From NCBI GenBank assembly GCA_964587565.1, contig CAZPLK010000001.1, positions 120,088 through 184,087 of the forward strand: DNA of 64,000 bases, read 5' to 3'. Of this stretch, positions 29,960 through 38,365 are shown piece after piece. This DNA is from an uncultured Muribaculaceae bacterium (GTDB lineage: Bacteria; Bacillota_I; Bacilli_A; RF39; UBA660). The position numbers were made by a program, and so were the translations under genes. Under the pieces are notes generated by a model. That model was given only the letters and a program-made list of their open reading frames with translations, was not told the origin of the DNA and did not search any database. Position 1 is the first letter of the stretch, and every line of letters starts with the position of its first letter.

Positions 29960-30406
29960 GTGAATAGTGTAGGGATGTTTAATGAAACAAAAGAAGAAAT
30001 TAAAGAAATGGAAGAAATAGAAAAACTAATTCATTACACGTTGAACAAAAAGAAACTAAAATACACTGTGTTTAATGTTATATTTGTAAATGATTTATTC
30101 ATAACTTCATTAAATCAAGATTACCGGGGACAAAACAAACCAACTGATGTAATATCATTTGCTTTGGAAGATGATTTGCCTCTAGATTTGGGCAAATACA
30201 GATTGCTAGGCGACATTTACATATCCGTAGACACTGCTAAGAGACAAGCTAACGAATACGGCCACAGCTTATTAAGAGAGTTATCATTTTTAACAATACA
30301 TGGTCTTTTACATTTGTTAGGATATGATCATAAAAATAAAGAAGAAGAAAAAATAATGTTTGAGAAACAGGAGTGGATTTTAGATGGATATGGAATTAAG
30401 AGATAA
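29960..30406 (+). CDS. ybeY: rRNA maturation endoribonuclease YbeY
   Basis: HGLLHLLGYDH zinc motif and PTDVISF. Confidence 0.9.
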   Translation: MNSVGMFNETKEEIKEMEEIEKLIHYTLNKKKLKYTVFNVIFVNDLFITSLNQDYRGQNKPTDVISFALEDDLPLDLGKYRLLGDIYISVDTAKRQANEYGHSLLRELSFLTIHGLLHLLGYDHKNKEEEKIMFEKQEWILDGYGIKR

Positions 30407-30791
30407 ACAAAAAAGAAGAGGATTTAAAAGATTTGTGAATAGTTTTAAATATTCATTTGATGGTCTTAAATATGCCTATAAACACGAGCAAAGTTTAACT
30501 ATACATTTTGGTGTTGCGATTATCGTAATCATTAGTGGTGTTGTTTTAAAGATAAGTTTAATGGAATGGTTATTATGTTTTATATTAATGGGATTAGTAA
30601 TGGCAACTGAGCTTATAAACACTTCTATTGAAGCAGTTATTGATTTAACTTGTCCGGAAATTCATCCGTTAGCTAAAATTGCTAAAGATACCGCATCAGC
30701 TGCTGTTTTTGTTTTTTCTATAGTTGCTTTTTTTAGTGGATTAATTATATTTGGTCCTAAAATCGCGCTATTAATTGAAAGTATAATTTAG
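30384..30791 (+). CDS. dgkA: Diacylglycerol/undecaprenol kinase DgkA
   Basis: 135 aa, 3 TM helices, ELINTSIEAVIDL motif. Confidence 0.85.
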   Translation: MDMELRDKQKRRGFKRFVNSFKYSFDGLKYAYKHEQSLTIHFGVAIIVIISGVVLKISLMEWLLCFILMGLVMATELINTSIEAVIDLTCPEIHPLAKIAKDTASAAVFVFSIVAFFSGLIIFGPKIALLIESII

Positions 30792-30800
30792 GAGGGTATT

Positions 30801-31184
30801 ATGGAAAAAAAATTAAAAAAAATATTAGAAAATGCTTATGCACCTTATTCAAACTATAAAGTTGCAGCGATCGTTGTGACAACAGATGGCAATCACTTTA
30901 GTGGTGTTAATGTTGAAAATGCATCATATGGTGCTACTATATGTGCAGAAAGAAATGCTATTAATAATGCTATAGCAAATGGATATAAAAAAGGAGATTT
31001 TAAAGAACTATATGTTATGGTAGCTAGTGATAAATTAGCATTTCCATGCAATATATGCCGACAAGTAATAGTTGAATTTTTTGATATGAATGATAAACTA
31101 TATTTAATAAATGAAGATTATAATGAAAGTTATTTAATGAGTGATATAATTGTTCATCCATTTTCAGTAGAGGATTTACAATGA
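30801..31184 (+). CDS. cdd: Cytidine deaminase
   Basis: CAERNAI and PCNICRQ zinc motifs. 127 aa. Confidence 0.9.
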   Translation: MEKKLKKILENAYAPYSNYKVAAIVVTTDGNHFSGVNVENASYGATICAERNAINNAIANGYKKGDFKELYVMVASDKLAFPCNICRQVIVEFFDMNDKLYLINEDYNESYLMSDIIVHPFSVEDLQ

Positions 31185-32065
31185 GATCCGGATTTATATC
31201 TGTTGTTGGACGCCCTAATGTTGGTAAATCAACTTTAATAAACAACATAATAGGTCATAAAGTAGCAATTACATCTAATAAACCTCAAACTACTAGAAAT
31301 ATTATCCACGGTATTTATAACGAAAAGGATCTTCAAATTGTTTTTTTAGACACTCCAGGCATTCATAAACCAAAACATAAATTAGGTGAATATTTAAATA
31401 AGCAAGCTTATTACAGCATGAATGATGTTGATGCCATAATAATGTTGGTTGATGCTAGTACGAGTTTGGGACCAGGTGATAAATTTATTATTGAATCATT
31501 AAAGGAGGTACAAACACCTGTTATTTTAGTTTTAAATAAAATTGACAAATTAAATAAAGAAGAATTATTGCCTATTATAGATAATTATAATAAATTGTAT
31601 AATTTTACTGAAATAATACCAGTATCAGCCTTAAAAAAAGAAAACATTAATAATTTAATAAATGTCTTAAAAAAATATTTAGTTGATAATATAAAATATT
31701 ATCCAGATAATCAATTGACAAACAGAACTACAGAATTTTTAGTTTCGGAAATAATTAGGGAAAAGGTTTTTAATTTAACGGAAGAAGAAATACCCCATTC
31801 TATTACATGTATCGTCGAACAAATTAAAAAAGATAAAAACAAATATATAATTAATGCTGTTATTATAGTAGATCGTGAATCATTGAAAAAAATCATAATA
31901 GGTAAGCAAGGAAAAATGATTAAAGCAATAGGTATACAAGCTAGAAAAGATATAGAAAAATTATTAGGTGAAAAAGTTTATTTAGAACTTTTCGTTAAAA
32001 CAGTTAAAAAGTGGCGCCAAAAAGAAAGGTATTTGTCAGAATTTGGATTTACTAATTTTGAATAA
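31181..32065 (+). CDS. era: GTPase Era
   Basis: GRPNVGKST, DTPG and NKID G-motifs plus a C-terminal KH domain (IIGKQGKMIK). Confidence 0.95.
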   Translation: MRSGFISVVGRPNVGKSTLINNIIGHKVAITSNKPQTTRNIIHGIYNEKDLQIVFLDTPGIHKPKHKLGEYLNKQAYYSMNDVDAIIMLVDASTSLGPGDKFIIESLKEVQTPVILVLNKIDKLNKEELLPIIDNYNKLYNFTEIIPVSALKKENINNLINVLKKYLVDNIKYYPDNQLTNRTTEFLVSEIIREKVFNLTEEEIPHSITCIVEQIKKDKNKYIINAVIIVDRESLKKIIIGKQGKMIKAIGIQARKDIEKLLGEKVYLELFVKTVKKWRQKERYLSEFGFTNFE

Positions 32066-32100
32066 TTAAAGTGGGAAATAATCATCATATTAATAAAGAG

Positions 32101-32217
32101 GTGATTATAATTAAAAAACAATTATTATGGAATTTGTTTAATAAAACAGGAAAAATCGAATATTACTTAAAATATAAAGAGGCTTTAAATGTTGATAACA
32201 AAAATAGGGAAACTTGA
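32101..32217 (+). CDS. yqzL: YqzL-like small protein (start uncertain)
   Basis: The unannotated frame ...KQLLWNLFNKTGKIEYYLKYKEAL... resembles YqzL (W..F..TG.IE.YL) and occupies the era-recO gap, as yqzL does in Bacillus. No ATG is present; the start may be GTG 32101 or a nearby ATT/ATA. Confidence 0.5.
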   Translation: MIIIKKQLLWNLFNKTGKIEYYLKYKEALNVDNKNRET

Positions 32218-32283
32218 AAATGCACAAATATTTTAAAAGCCAAAATATTGTCATTAATTAGTTTAAGTACTGGAGGTTTTATT

Positions 32284-33018
32284 ATGATAGAAAAAGTTGA
32301 AGGAATTATTGTAAGTGAAAGAAATTACAGTGAAAGTAGTAAAATACTAAATGTGCTTACTAAAAAACATGGTATGATTGGTGTCATTGCTAAAGGTTGT
32401 CGCACTATGAAAAGTGACTTAAGAAGTGTGAGTGAAAAATTAATATACGGCGATTTTAATTTATATTATAAACAAGATAAACTATCTACATTAATAAGTG
32501 TAGATGTTTTAAATAGTTTTAAAAACATGAGAAAAGATATAGTTAAAATAAGTTATGCATCTTTTTTGTTGGAACTATCTGAACAAGTGTATAGACAAAA
32601 TAATGATAAGCGTATATATGAATTACTAATTGCTAGTTTAATTAAAATAGAAGAAGGACTTGATCCTGTAGTTATAACAAATATTTTAGAATTAAAATAT
32701 TTAGATTTCTTAGGTGTGACCCCAATTTTAAATAGTTGTGCGGTATGTGGTACAACAAATTCAATCGTTAGTTTATCTATAATTAAAGGTGGTTATGTGT
32801 GTAAGAATTGTCAAACCACCGAAATTATTAATAGTAATAAGACAATTAAAATGATTAGAATGTTTTATTATGTTGATATATCTAAAATATCCAAAATAGA
32901 TATTAGTGATAAAGTGAAAAATGAAATAGATTTTTTCCTAAATGAATATTATGATGAATATACAGGTTTATATTTAAATGGTAAAGATTTTTTAAAAGAT
33001 TTATGTCAAATATGTTAA
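32284..33018 (+). CDS. recO: DNA repair protein RecO
   Basis: ATG 32284 follows a GGAGG SD. OB-fold N-terminus and a zinc motif (CAVCG...CKNC). Confidence 0.85.
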   Translation: MIEKVEGIIVSERNYSESSKILNVLTKKHGMIGVIAKGCRTMKSDLRSVSEKLIYGDFNLYYKQDKLSTLISVDVLNSFKNMRKDIVKISYASFLLELSEQVYRQNNDKRIYELLIASLIKIEEGLDPVVITNILELKYLDFLGVTPILNSCAVCGTTNSIVSLSIIKGGYVCKNCQTTEIINSNKTIKMIRMFYYVDISKISKIDISDKVKNEIDFFLNEYYDEYTGLYLNGKDFLKDLCQIC

Positions 33019-33028
33019 GAGGTGAAAT

Positions 33029-33469
33029 ATGGAATATAAGTACTTAATAGTCCCGTTTGTAACTTTAATAATTGCACAAATAATAAAGTTTATAATTGAA
33101 TCAATAAAAGATAAAGAATTAAAGTGGGGACGGTTTTTTAACGGTAGTGGTGGCATGCCTAGTTCACATTTTTCTTTTTCTTTTTCCTTAGCAATGATGC
33201 TGGGTTTAAACGAAGGATTTAATAGTTCATCTTTTGCTATTGCATTAGTGTTTTCATTAATAGTTGCATATGATGCAATGGGTGTTAGATTAGAAAGTGA
33301 AAAACACGCCCAAATGTTAAATCAAATTGTAGACGAAATTTTTTCTAAAAATTATAAAGAAGGATTTGCACATTTTAAAGAAGAATTGGGCCATGAATTT
33401 ATCGAAGTAATAGGAGCTTTTATATTAGCAACGTTAAGTGCCTTAATGTTTACATATATAATATTTTAA
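33029..33469 (+). CDS. Divergent PAP2 / DUF212 membrane protein (YuiD-like)
   Basis: GGMPSSHFS and AYDAMGVR motifs. 146 aa with 3-4 TM helices. Confidence 0.75.
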   Translation: MEYKYLIVPFVTLIIAQIIKFIIESIKDKELKWGRFFNGSGGMPSSHFSFSFSLAMMLGLNEGFNSSSFAIALVFSLIVAYDAMGVRLESEKHAQMLNQIVDEIFSKNYKEGFAHFKEELGHEFIEVIGAFILATLSALMFTYIIF

Positions 33470-33621
33470 CTAAAAGAAGTATTAAAAATGTTCCTTGTTT
33501 CACTACAAATAAAGTAAGAACTATATGTAAACTCATTTTGTTATAAATTTGGAAAGTGTGTCACTTTTTAATAATATTAGACACAAATGTGTACAATTTA
33601 TTTAAATTTTGTTTTTGTTTA

Positions 33622-33650
33622 TTGACAACAATTAACTAATAATATATATT
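33622..33650 (+). promoter_or_regulatory. SigmaA-type promoter for the Gly T-box leader
   Basis: TTGACA (33622-33627), 17-nt spacer, TATATT (33645-33650). Confidence 0.55.
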
Positions 33651-33675
33651 ATTTATATAACAAATATATTTAAAT

Positions 33676-33784
33676 GTAATGATGAGGTTGGAATCTCGGA
33701 GCATTTTTGAAAGTGATTCTTTTAGAATAAGTAAGGTGGAACCGCGGGGTAACTCGTCCTTACAATGATTCTAAAGGTTTTTTT
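33676..33784 (+). promoter_or_regulatory. Compact T-box leader (Gly)
   Basis: Antiterminator GTAAGG-TGGAACC-GCGGG(GTAA)CTCGT-CCTTAC (33731-33763) with a UGGA bulge, which fits the U73 discriminator of tRNA-Gly. U-tract at 33778-33784. The upstream part is unusually short. Confidence 0.7.
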
Positions 33785-33800
33785 ATTATAGGAGGAAAAC

Positions 33801-34355
33801 ATGAATGTATTAATTATTTCGTCTGCAAACGAAAACATAAACAATTACTATAAAGATATAGCTAATAAAATATCATCTTTTTTAGCACAAAACAATTGTG
33901 ATTTAATTTTTGGCTCTTCATCAAAATCAATGATGGGGGAATGCTATAAATCATTCATTAAAAATAAGCGCAAAGTATATGCTTTTACTAATGAGGAATA
34001 TGCAGAATGTTTAAAAGATTTAAGTGATGCTGAACATTGTGTTGTAACAACTACTTTTGATTTGAAAAAAGTAATGTATCAAAAAGCTGATTGTATTATT
34101 TGTTTGGCAGGTGGTATAGGGACATTATCAGAACTTTTAGCTTTTATTGAAGAAAACAGATCTAACAATAAAAAAATTCCTATTATTATTTATGATGAAA
34201 CAGAATATTATGATTATTTATTAATTCAACTTGGTAAAATGAATGAATTTGGATTTGTCAACAACAATATTTTTTCATCATTTAAATTAATAAGTAATTT
34301 TGAGAAATTTCAAAATGAATTTCATAAAATAAAGGAGAGTGTTAAAAATGAATAA
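33801..34355 (+). CDS. LOG-family (TIGR00730-like) Rossmann-fold protein
   Basis: [10 protein letters not shown] matches the PGGxGTxxE motif. The upstream GGG motif is degenerate ([10 protein letters not shown]). 184 aa. Its stop overlaps the glyQS start. Confidence 0.55.
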   Translation: MNVLIISSANENINNYYKDIANKISSFLAQNNCDLIFGSSSKSMMGECYKSFIKNKRKVYAFTNEEYAECLKDLSDAEHCVVTTTFDLKKVMYQKADCIICLAGGIGTLSELLAFIEENRSNNKKIPIIIYDETEYYDYLLIQLGKMNEFGFVNNNIFSSFKLISNFEKFQNEFHKIKESVKNE

Positions 34356-35727
34356 GGTAACAATGGAAAAAATTATTAGCTTGTGCAAACAATATGGTTT
34401 TATTTTTCAAGGTAGTGAAATTTATGGTGGATTAGCTAATACTTGGGATTATGGACCATTAGGTAATGAATTAAAGAAAAACATAAAAAATGCTTGGTTT
34501 AAAAAATTTATTCAAGAAAATGAATATAACGTAGGGATGGATAGTGCGATTTTAATGAATCCAAAAGTTTGGGAAGCTAGTGGTCATGTTTCGGGATTCA
34601 ATGATCCATTAATTGATTGTAGAAATTGTAAATCAAGATATAGGGCTGATAAATTAATAGAAGAACATACAAAAGGAGAAATACAAGCAGATGGTTGGTC
34701 AAATGAAAAAATGTATAATTATATTGAAGATAACAATATTAAATGTCCTAAATGTAAAGCATTAAATTATACAAGTATTAGAAAATTTAATATGATGTTT
34801 AAAACAAATCAAGGAGTAACTGAAGATGGAACAAGTACAGTTTATTTAAGACCAGAAACAGCCCAAGGTATATTTGTTAACTTTTTAAATGTACAAAGAA
34901 GTATGAGACTAAAAATACCATTTGGTATAGGTCAAATAGGTAAAAGTTTTCGTAATGAAATAACACCTGGAAATTTTATTTTTAGAACAAGAGAATTTGA
35001 GCAAATGGAATTACAATTTTTCTGCAAGCCAGGTACAGAAATGGTATGGTTTAATTATTGGAAAGAATTTTGCTATAACTGGTTAATTAGTTTGGGAATA
35101 AGTAATAAAAACATTAGATTAAGGGATCATAGTGAAGATGAGTTGAGTCACTATAGTAATGCTACAACAGATTTTGAATATAAATTTCCATTTGGTTGGG
35201 GTGAATTATGGGGTATAGCTTCTAGAACTGATTATGATTTACAACAGCACCAATTACATTCGAAACAAAGTTTAGAGTATTTAGATCCGATGACACATGA
35301 AAAATATATTCCATATGTTATAGAGCCTAGCTTAGGGGCTGATAGAATTTTGTTAGCATTTTTAGTGGAAGCTTACTGTGAAGAGGCATTAGAAAACGGA
35401 GATACAAGAGAAGTTATGAAATTTCACCCAGCGCTTTCCCCAATTAAAGTAGCAGTTTTTCCATTAGTTAAAAAAAGACATAGTGATCAAGCCATGACTA
35501 TTTATAAAGAGTTAAGTAAGCAATTTATGGTTAGTTACGATGATTCAGGAAATATCGGAAGACGTTATAGAAGGGCAGATATATCTGGAACACCGTTTGC
35601 TATTACTATTGACGATGATACTTTAAACAATAATACAGTAACAGTTAGAAATCGTGATACAATGGAACAAATAACATTAAACTTAGAAAATTTAGCACAG
35701 TATATTCAAAAGCAAATTGATTTTTAG
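34348..35727 (+). CDS. glyQS: Glycine-tRNA ligase (alpha2 GlyQS type)
   Basis: [24 protein letters not shown]-terminus and class II motifs ([13 protein letters not shown]). ATG 34348 lies 10 nt after AAGGAG. Confidence 0.95.
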   Translation: MNKVTMEKIISLCKQYGFIFQGSEIYGGLANTWDYGPLGNELKKNIKNAWFKKFIQENEYNVGMDSAILMNPKVWEASGHVSGFNDPLIDCRNCKSRYRADKLIEEHTKGEIQADGWSNEKMYNYIEDNNIKCPKCKALNYTSIRKFNMMFKTNQGVTEDGTSTVYLRPETAQGIFVNFLNVQRSMRLKIPFGIGQIGKSFRNEITPGNFIFRTREFEQMELQFFCKPGTEMVWFNYWKEFCYNWLISLGISNKNIRLRDHSEDELSHYSNATTDFEYKFPFGWGELWGIASRTDYDLQQHQLHSKQSLEYLDPMTHEKYIPYVIEPSLGADRILLAFLVEAYCEEALENGDTREVMKFHPALSPIKVAVFPLVKKRHSDQAMTIYKELSKQFMVSYDDSGNIGRRYRRADISGTPFAITIDDDTLNNNTVTVRNRDTMEQITLNLENLAQYIQKQIDF

Positions 35728-35829
35728 GAAAATAAGTGTTTAGACAGCTTTTTTTCTTTAATTTGTTAAACACTTGAAAAGATTATATATAAATAGTATA
35801 ATTAGAATATAATTATATAGGTGGTAAAT

Positions 35830-36246
35830 ATGTATTTGTTTTGGTTAATGCTGACAATATTTTTGATTTTTATTGAAATGATAACTATTAATTTAACTAC
35901 TATTTGGTTTATAGTAAGTTCTTTGGTTGTATTGTTTTTGTCATTTTTTATTGATAGTTTTACAATCCAAGTTGCGCTTTTTATAATATTAGGACTTATA
36001 TTATTAGTAAAAAGCAGACCAATACTTGTAAAATATCTAAACAAAAACAAAGAGAAAACTAATATTGATCGGATTATCGGTATGCGTGGTGTTGTTATAG
36101 ACGATATTTTATTAAAAAGTTATGGTTCTGTTAAAGTTGATGGAAAAATATGGACAGCTTATAGTGATAAAGAATTAAAAAAGGACACTTTTGTAAAAAT
36201 ACTTAAAATAAATGGAAACAAATTAGAAGTAGAGGAGGAAAATTGA
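35830..36246 (+). CDS. NfeD-family membrane protein
   Basis: Three TM helices followed by a C-terminal OB-like domain (GMRGVVIDD...VKVDGKIWTAYSD). Directly upstream of the SPFH gene. Confidence 0.8.
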   Translation: MYLFWLMLTIFLIFIEMITINLTTIWFIVSSLVVLFLSFFIDSFTIQVALFIILGLILLVKSRPILVKYLNKNKEKTNIDRIIGMRGVVIDDILLKSYGSVKVDGKIWTAYSDKELKKDTFVKILKINGNKLEVEEEN

Positions 36247-36247
36247 T

Positions 36248-37138
36248 ATGGATTTACTTATAATTTTATTAATTTTAGTAGGGATTTTAGTCATTCCTAA
36301 TGTTAAAATAGTACCCCAAGCAAGAGTATATGTAATAGAAAGAATAGGTTCTTATTATGTAACTTGGTCTAATGGATTACATTTCAAAATTCCGTTTATT
36401 GACCGAATTGCGAATAATGTCTCATTAAAAGAAAGAGTTGAAGATTTCCCGCCACAACCCGTAATTACAAAGGATAATGTTACAATGCAAATTGATACAG
36501 TTGTTTATTATCAAATTACTGATGCTAAATTGTATACATATGGTGTTGAGAATCCAATAAATGCAATCGAAAACTTAACTGCAACGACATTAAGGAATAT
36601 AATAGGAGAATTAGAGCTAGATCAAACACTAACATCAAGAGATGTTATTAATACTAAAATGCGTACTATTTTAGATGAAGCAACTGATCCATGGGGAATT
36701 AAAGTTAACCGTGTTGAAGTGAAAAATATAATCCCACCACGTGATATTCAAGATGCAATGGAAAAACAAATGAGAGCAGAGCGCGAAAGAAGAGAAGCAA
36801 TATTAAGAGCGGAAGGTTTAAAACGCGCTAGTATACTAACAGCTGAAGGTGAAAAAGAAAGCTCTATATTAAGAGCAGAAGCCGAAAAGGAAGCACAAAT
36901 AAAAATCGCAGAAGGTGAAGCAGAAGCACTTTTGGTTATTAAGAAAGCCGAGGCTGAAGGAATTAGAACATTAAAAGAGGCAAAACCAGACCAAGCTATA
37001 ATAACGATGAAAAGTTTAGATACAATGGCACTTGTTGCAGATGGTAAAGCGTCTAAAATTATAATTCCATCAGATTTACAAAACATCGCTACTATTGGAA
37101 CAACTATTAATGAAATGTTAAAAAATGATAATAAGTAG
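36248..37138 (+). CDS. SPFH/band-7 (stomatin/QmcA-like) protein
   Basis: N-terminal anchor, SPFH core (VPQARVYVIERIGSY...TKDNVTMQIDTVVYYQI), and a coiled-coil AEGEKE repeat tail. Confidence 0.85.
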   Translation: MDLLIILLILVGILVIPNVKIVPQARVYVIERIGSYYVTWSNGLHFKIPFIDRIANNVSLKERVEDFPPQPVITKDNVTMQIDTVVYYQITDAKLYTYGVENPINAIENLTATTLRNIIGELELDQTLTSRDVINTKMRTILDEATDPWGIKVNRVEVKNIIPPRDIQDAMEKQMRAERERREAILRAEGLKRASILTAEGEKESSILRAEAEKEAQIKIAEGEAEALLVIKKAEAEGIRTLKEAKPDQAIITMKSLDTMALVADGKASKIIIPSDLQNIATIGTTINEMLKNDNK

Positions 37139-37234
37139 TGCAAAAGTGTTTAAAAGATAAAAAAACATTTATTTTTAATTAAAATTGTGATAAACTTATA
37201 ATAGTTATTAAATTGTCACTTAGGAGGAATATAA

Positions 37235-37645
37235 ATGGGTTTTTTTAAAAAATTATTTGAAGGTGGGGAACACGACAGTTATTCTAGTCACGATATAATG
37301 TCGGATGAATATTATAATTTAACTGCCGAGGAAGTATTAGAAGAGAATGGTAGCAAAATGATTTTGCTAGAACCAAGAGCATATTCAGAAGCACAACAAA
37401 TAGCAGATTATTTAAGAGATAGAAATACTGTTGTAGTAAATTTGAAAAGAGTTACACCAGAACAAGCAAAAAGAATTATTGACTTTTTAGGTGGTGCGAT
37501 TTACTCAATTCAAGGAGAAATACAAAAAATTGGAGGAGGCATATTTTTATGTACTCCAAACAATATAAATGTTCAGGGGAAAATAACGGATGATACCGAT
37601 GGTAAAGGTATTCATGATAATGACGATATTAATGTTGAATGGTAA
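37235..37645 (+). CDS. sepF: Cell division protein SepF
   Basis: Conserved core VVVNLKRVTPEQAKRIIDFLGGAIYSIQGEIQKIG. Upstream of divIVA. Confidence 0.85.
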   Translation: MGFFKKLFEGGEHDSYSSHDIMSDEYYNLTAEEVLEENGSKMILLEPRAYSEAQQIADYLRDRNTVVVNLKRVTPEQAKRIIDFLGGAIYSIQGEIQKIGGGIFLCTPNNINVQGKITDDTDGKGIHDNDDINVEW

Positions 37646-37680
37646 TCAGTTTTAGTTTTAAGTAGTGCAAGAGGTGAAAT

Positions 37681-38139
37681 ATGGAAAAATTTAAAAGAGC
37701 ACTTCGTGGTTATGATCCCAATGAAGTTAATAGGTTTTTAGATCAAATAATTAAACAAGTAGAAAATATGATTGAAGATATTAAAGAACGAGATGAAAAA
37801 ATAATTGAGTTAGAAACAGTGGCTATTGAAAATGTTCGTTTAAAGGACAAACTTGAACAATACGAACGTATGGAAAAAACGTTAAACAAAGCTCTTTTCA
37901 TGGCTCAAAAAACATCGGAACAAATTAAATTATCTGCCCATCAAGAAAGTACGATTCTACTTGAAGAAGCAAAACAAAACGCTAGTAGAATTATAAATGA
38001 TGCATTACTTAGAGCTGAAAAAACTGAATTAGAAGTTAATATGTTAAAAAGAAATGTTAATATTTTCAAAAGAAGATTAAAAGATATAATAGAAACTCAA
38101 CTTGAAATAGTAGATGATATTGAAAAAATAGAATTATAA
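37681..38139 (+). CDS. divIVA: DivIVA-domain protein
   Basis: FKRALRGYDPNEVNRFLDQI N-terminus followed by coiled coil. Confidence 0.85.
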   Translation: MEKFKRALRGYDPNEVNRFLDQIIKQVENMIEDIKERDEKIIELETVAIENVRLKDKLEQYERMEKTLNKALFMAQKTSEQIKLSAHQESTILLEEAKQNASRIINDALLRAEKTELEVNMLKRNVNIFKRRLKDIIETQLEIVDDIEKIEL

Positions 38140-38149
38140 TTAAAACAAT

Positions 38150-38346
38150 TGATGGAGACGGTATATTACATAAGTTTGAAGAGAGTTGGTGCTAGGTGAA
38201 AACCAATAACTTAGTAATATATAGATCACTCCTGATGTTTTTTATGGATAAGATAAAAACGGTAACGCGTTATAGTTTTGAGTGTATACATAAATTAAGG
38301 TGGTACCGCGGGTAAAACTCGTCCTTATAAGGATGAGTTTTTTTTA
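38150..38346 (+). promoter_or_regulatory. T-box leader (Ile specifier) controlling ileS
   Basis: GAUGGAG K-turn strand, AGAGAG bulge, GGUGAAA distal loop, AUC-A specifier (38225-38228), T-box AATTAAGGTGGTACCGCG (38294-38311). Terminator AAACTCGTCCTTA/TAAGGATGAGTTT plus T8. Confidence 0.9.
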
Positions 38347-38365
38347 TATAAAAAGGAGAGATAAT

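Noticed and set aside
38300-38365. Upstream start of ileS given by the ORF track (MVPRVKLVLIRMSFF...).
   Set aside because: These codons lie inside the T-box antiterminator/terminator. The true start is ATG 38366 after AAGGAGAG. The same reasoning moved the starts at 24111, 41123, 32248, 27516, 9382 and 49459.
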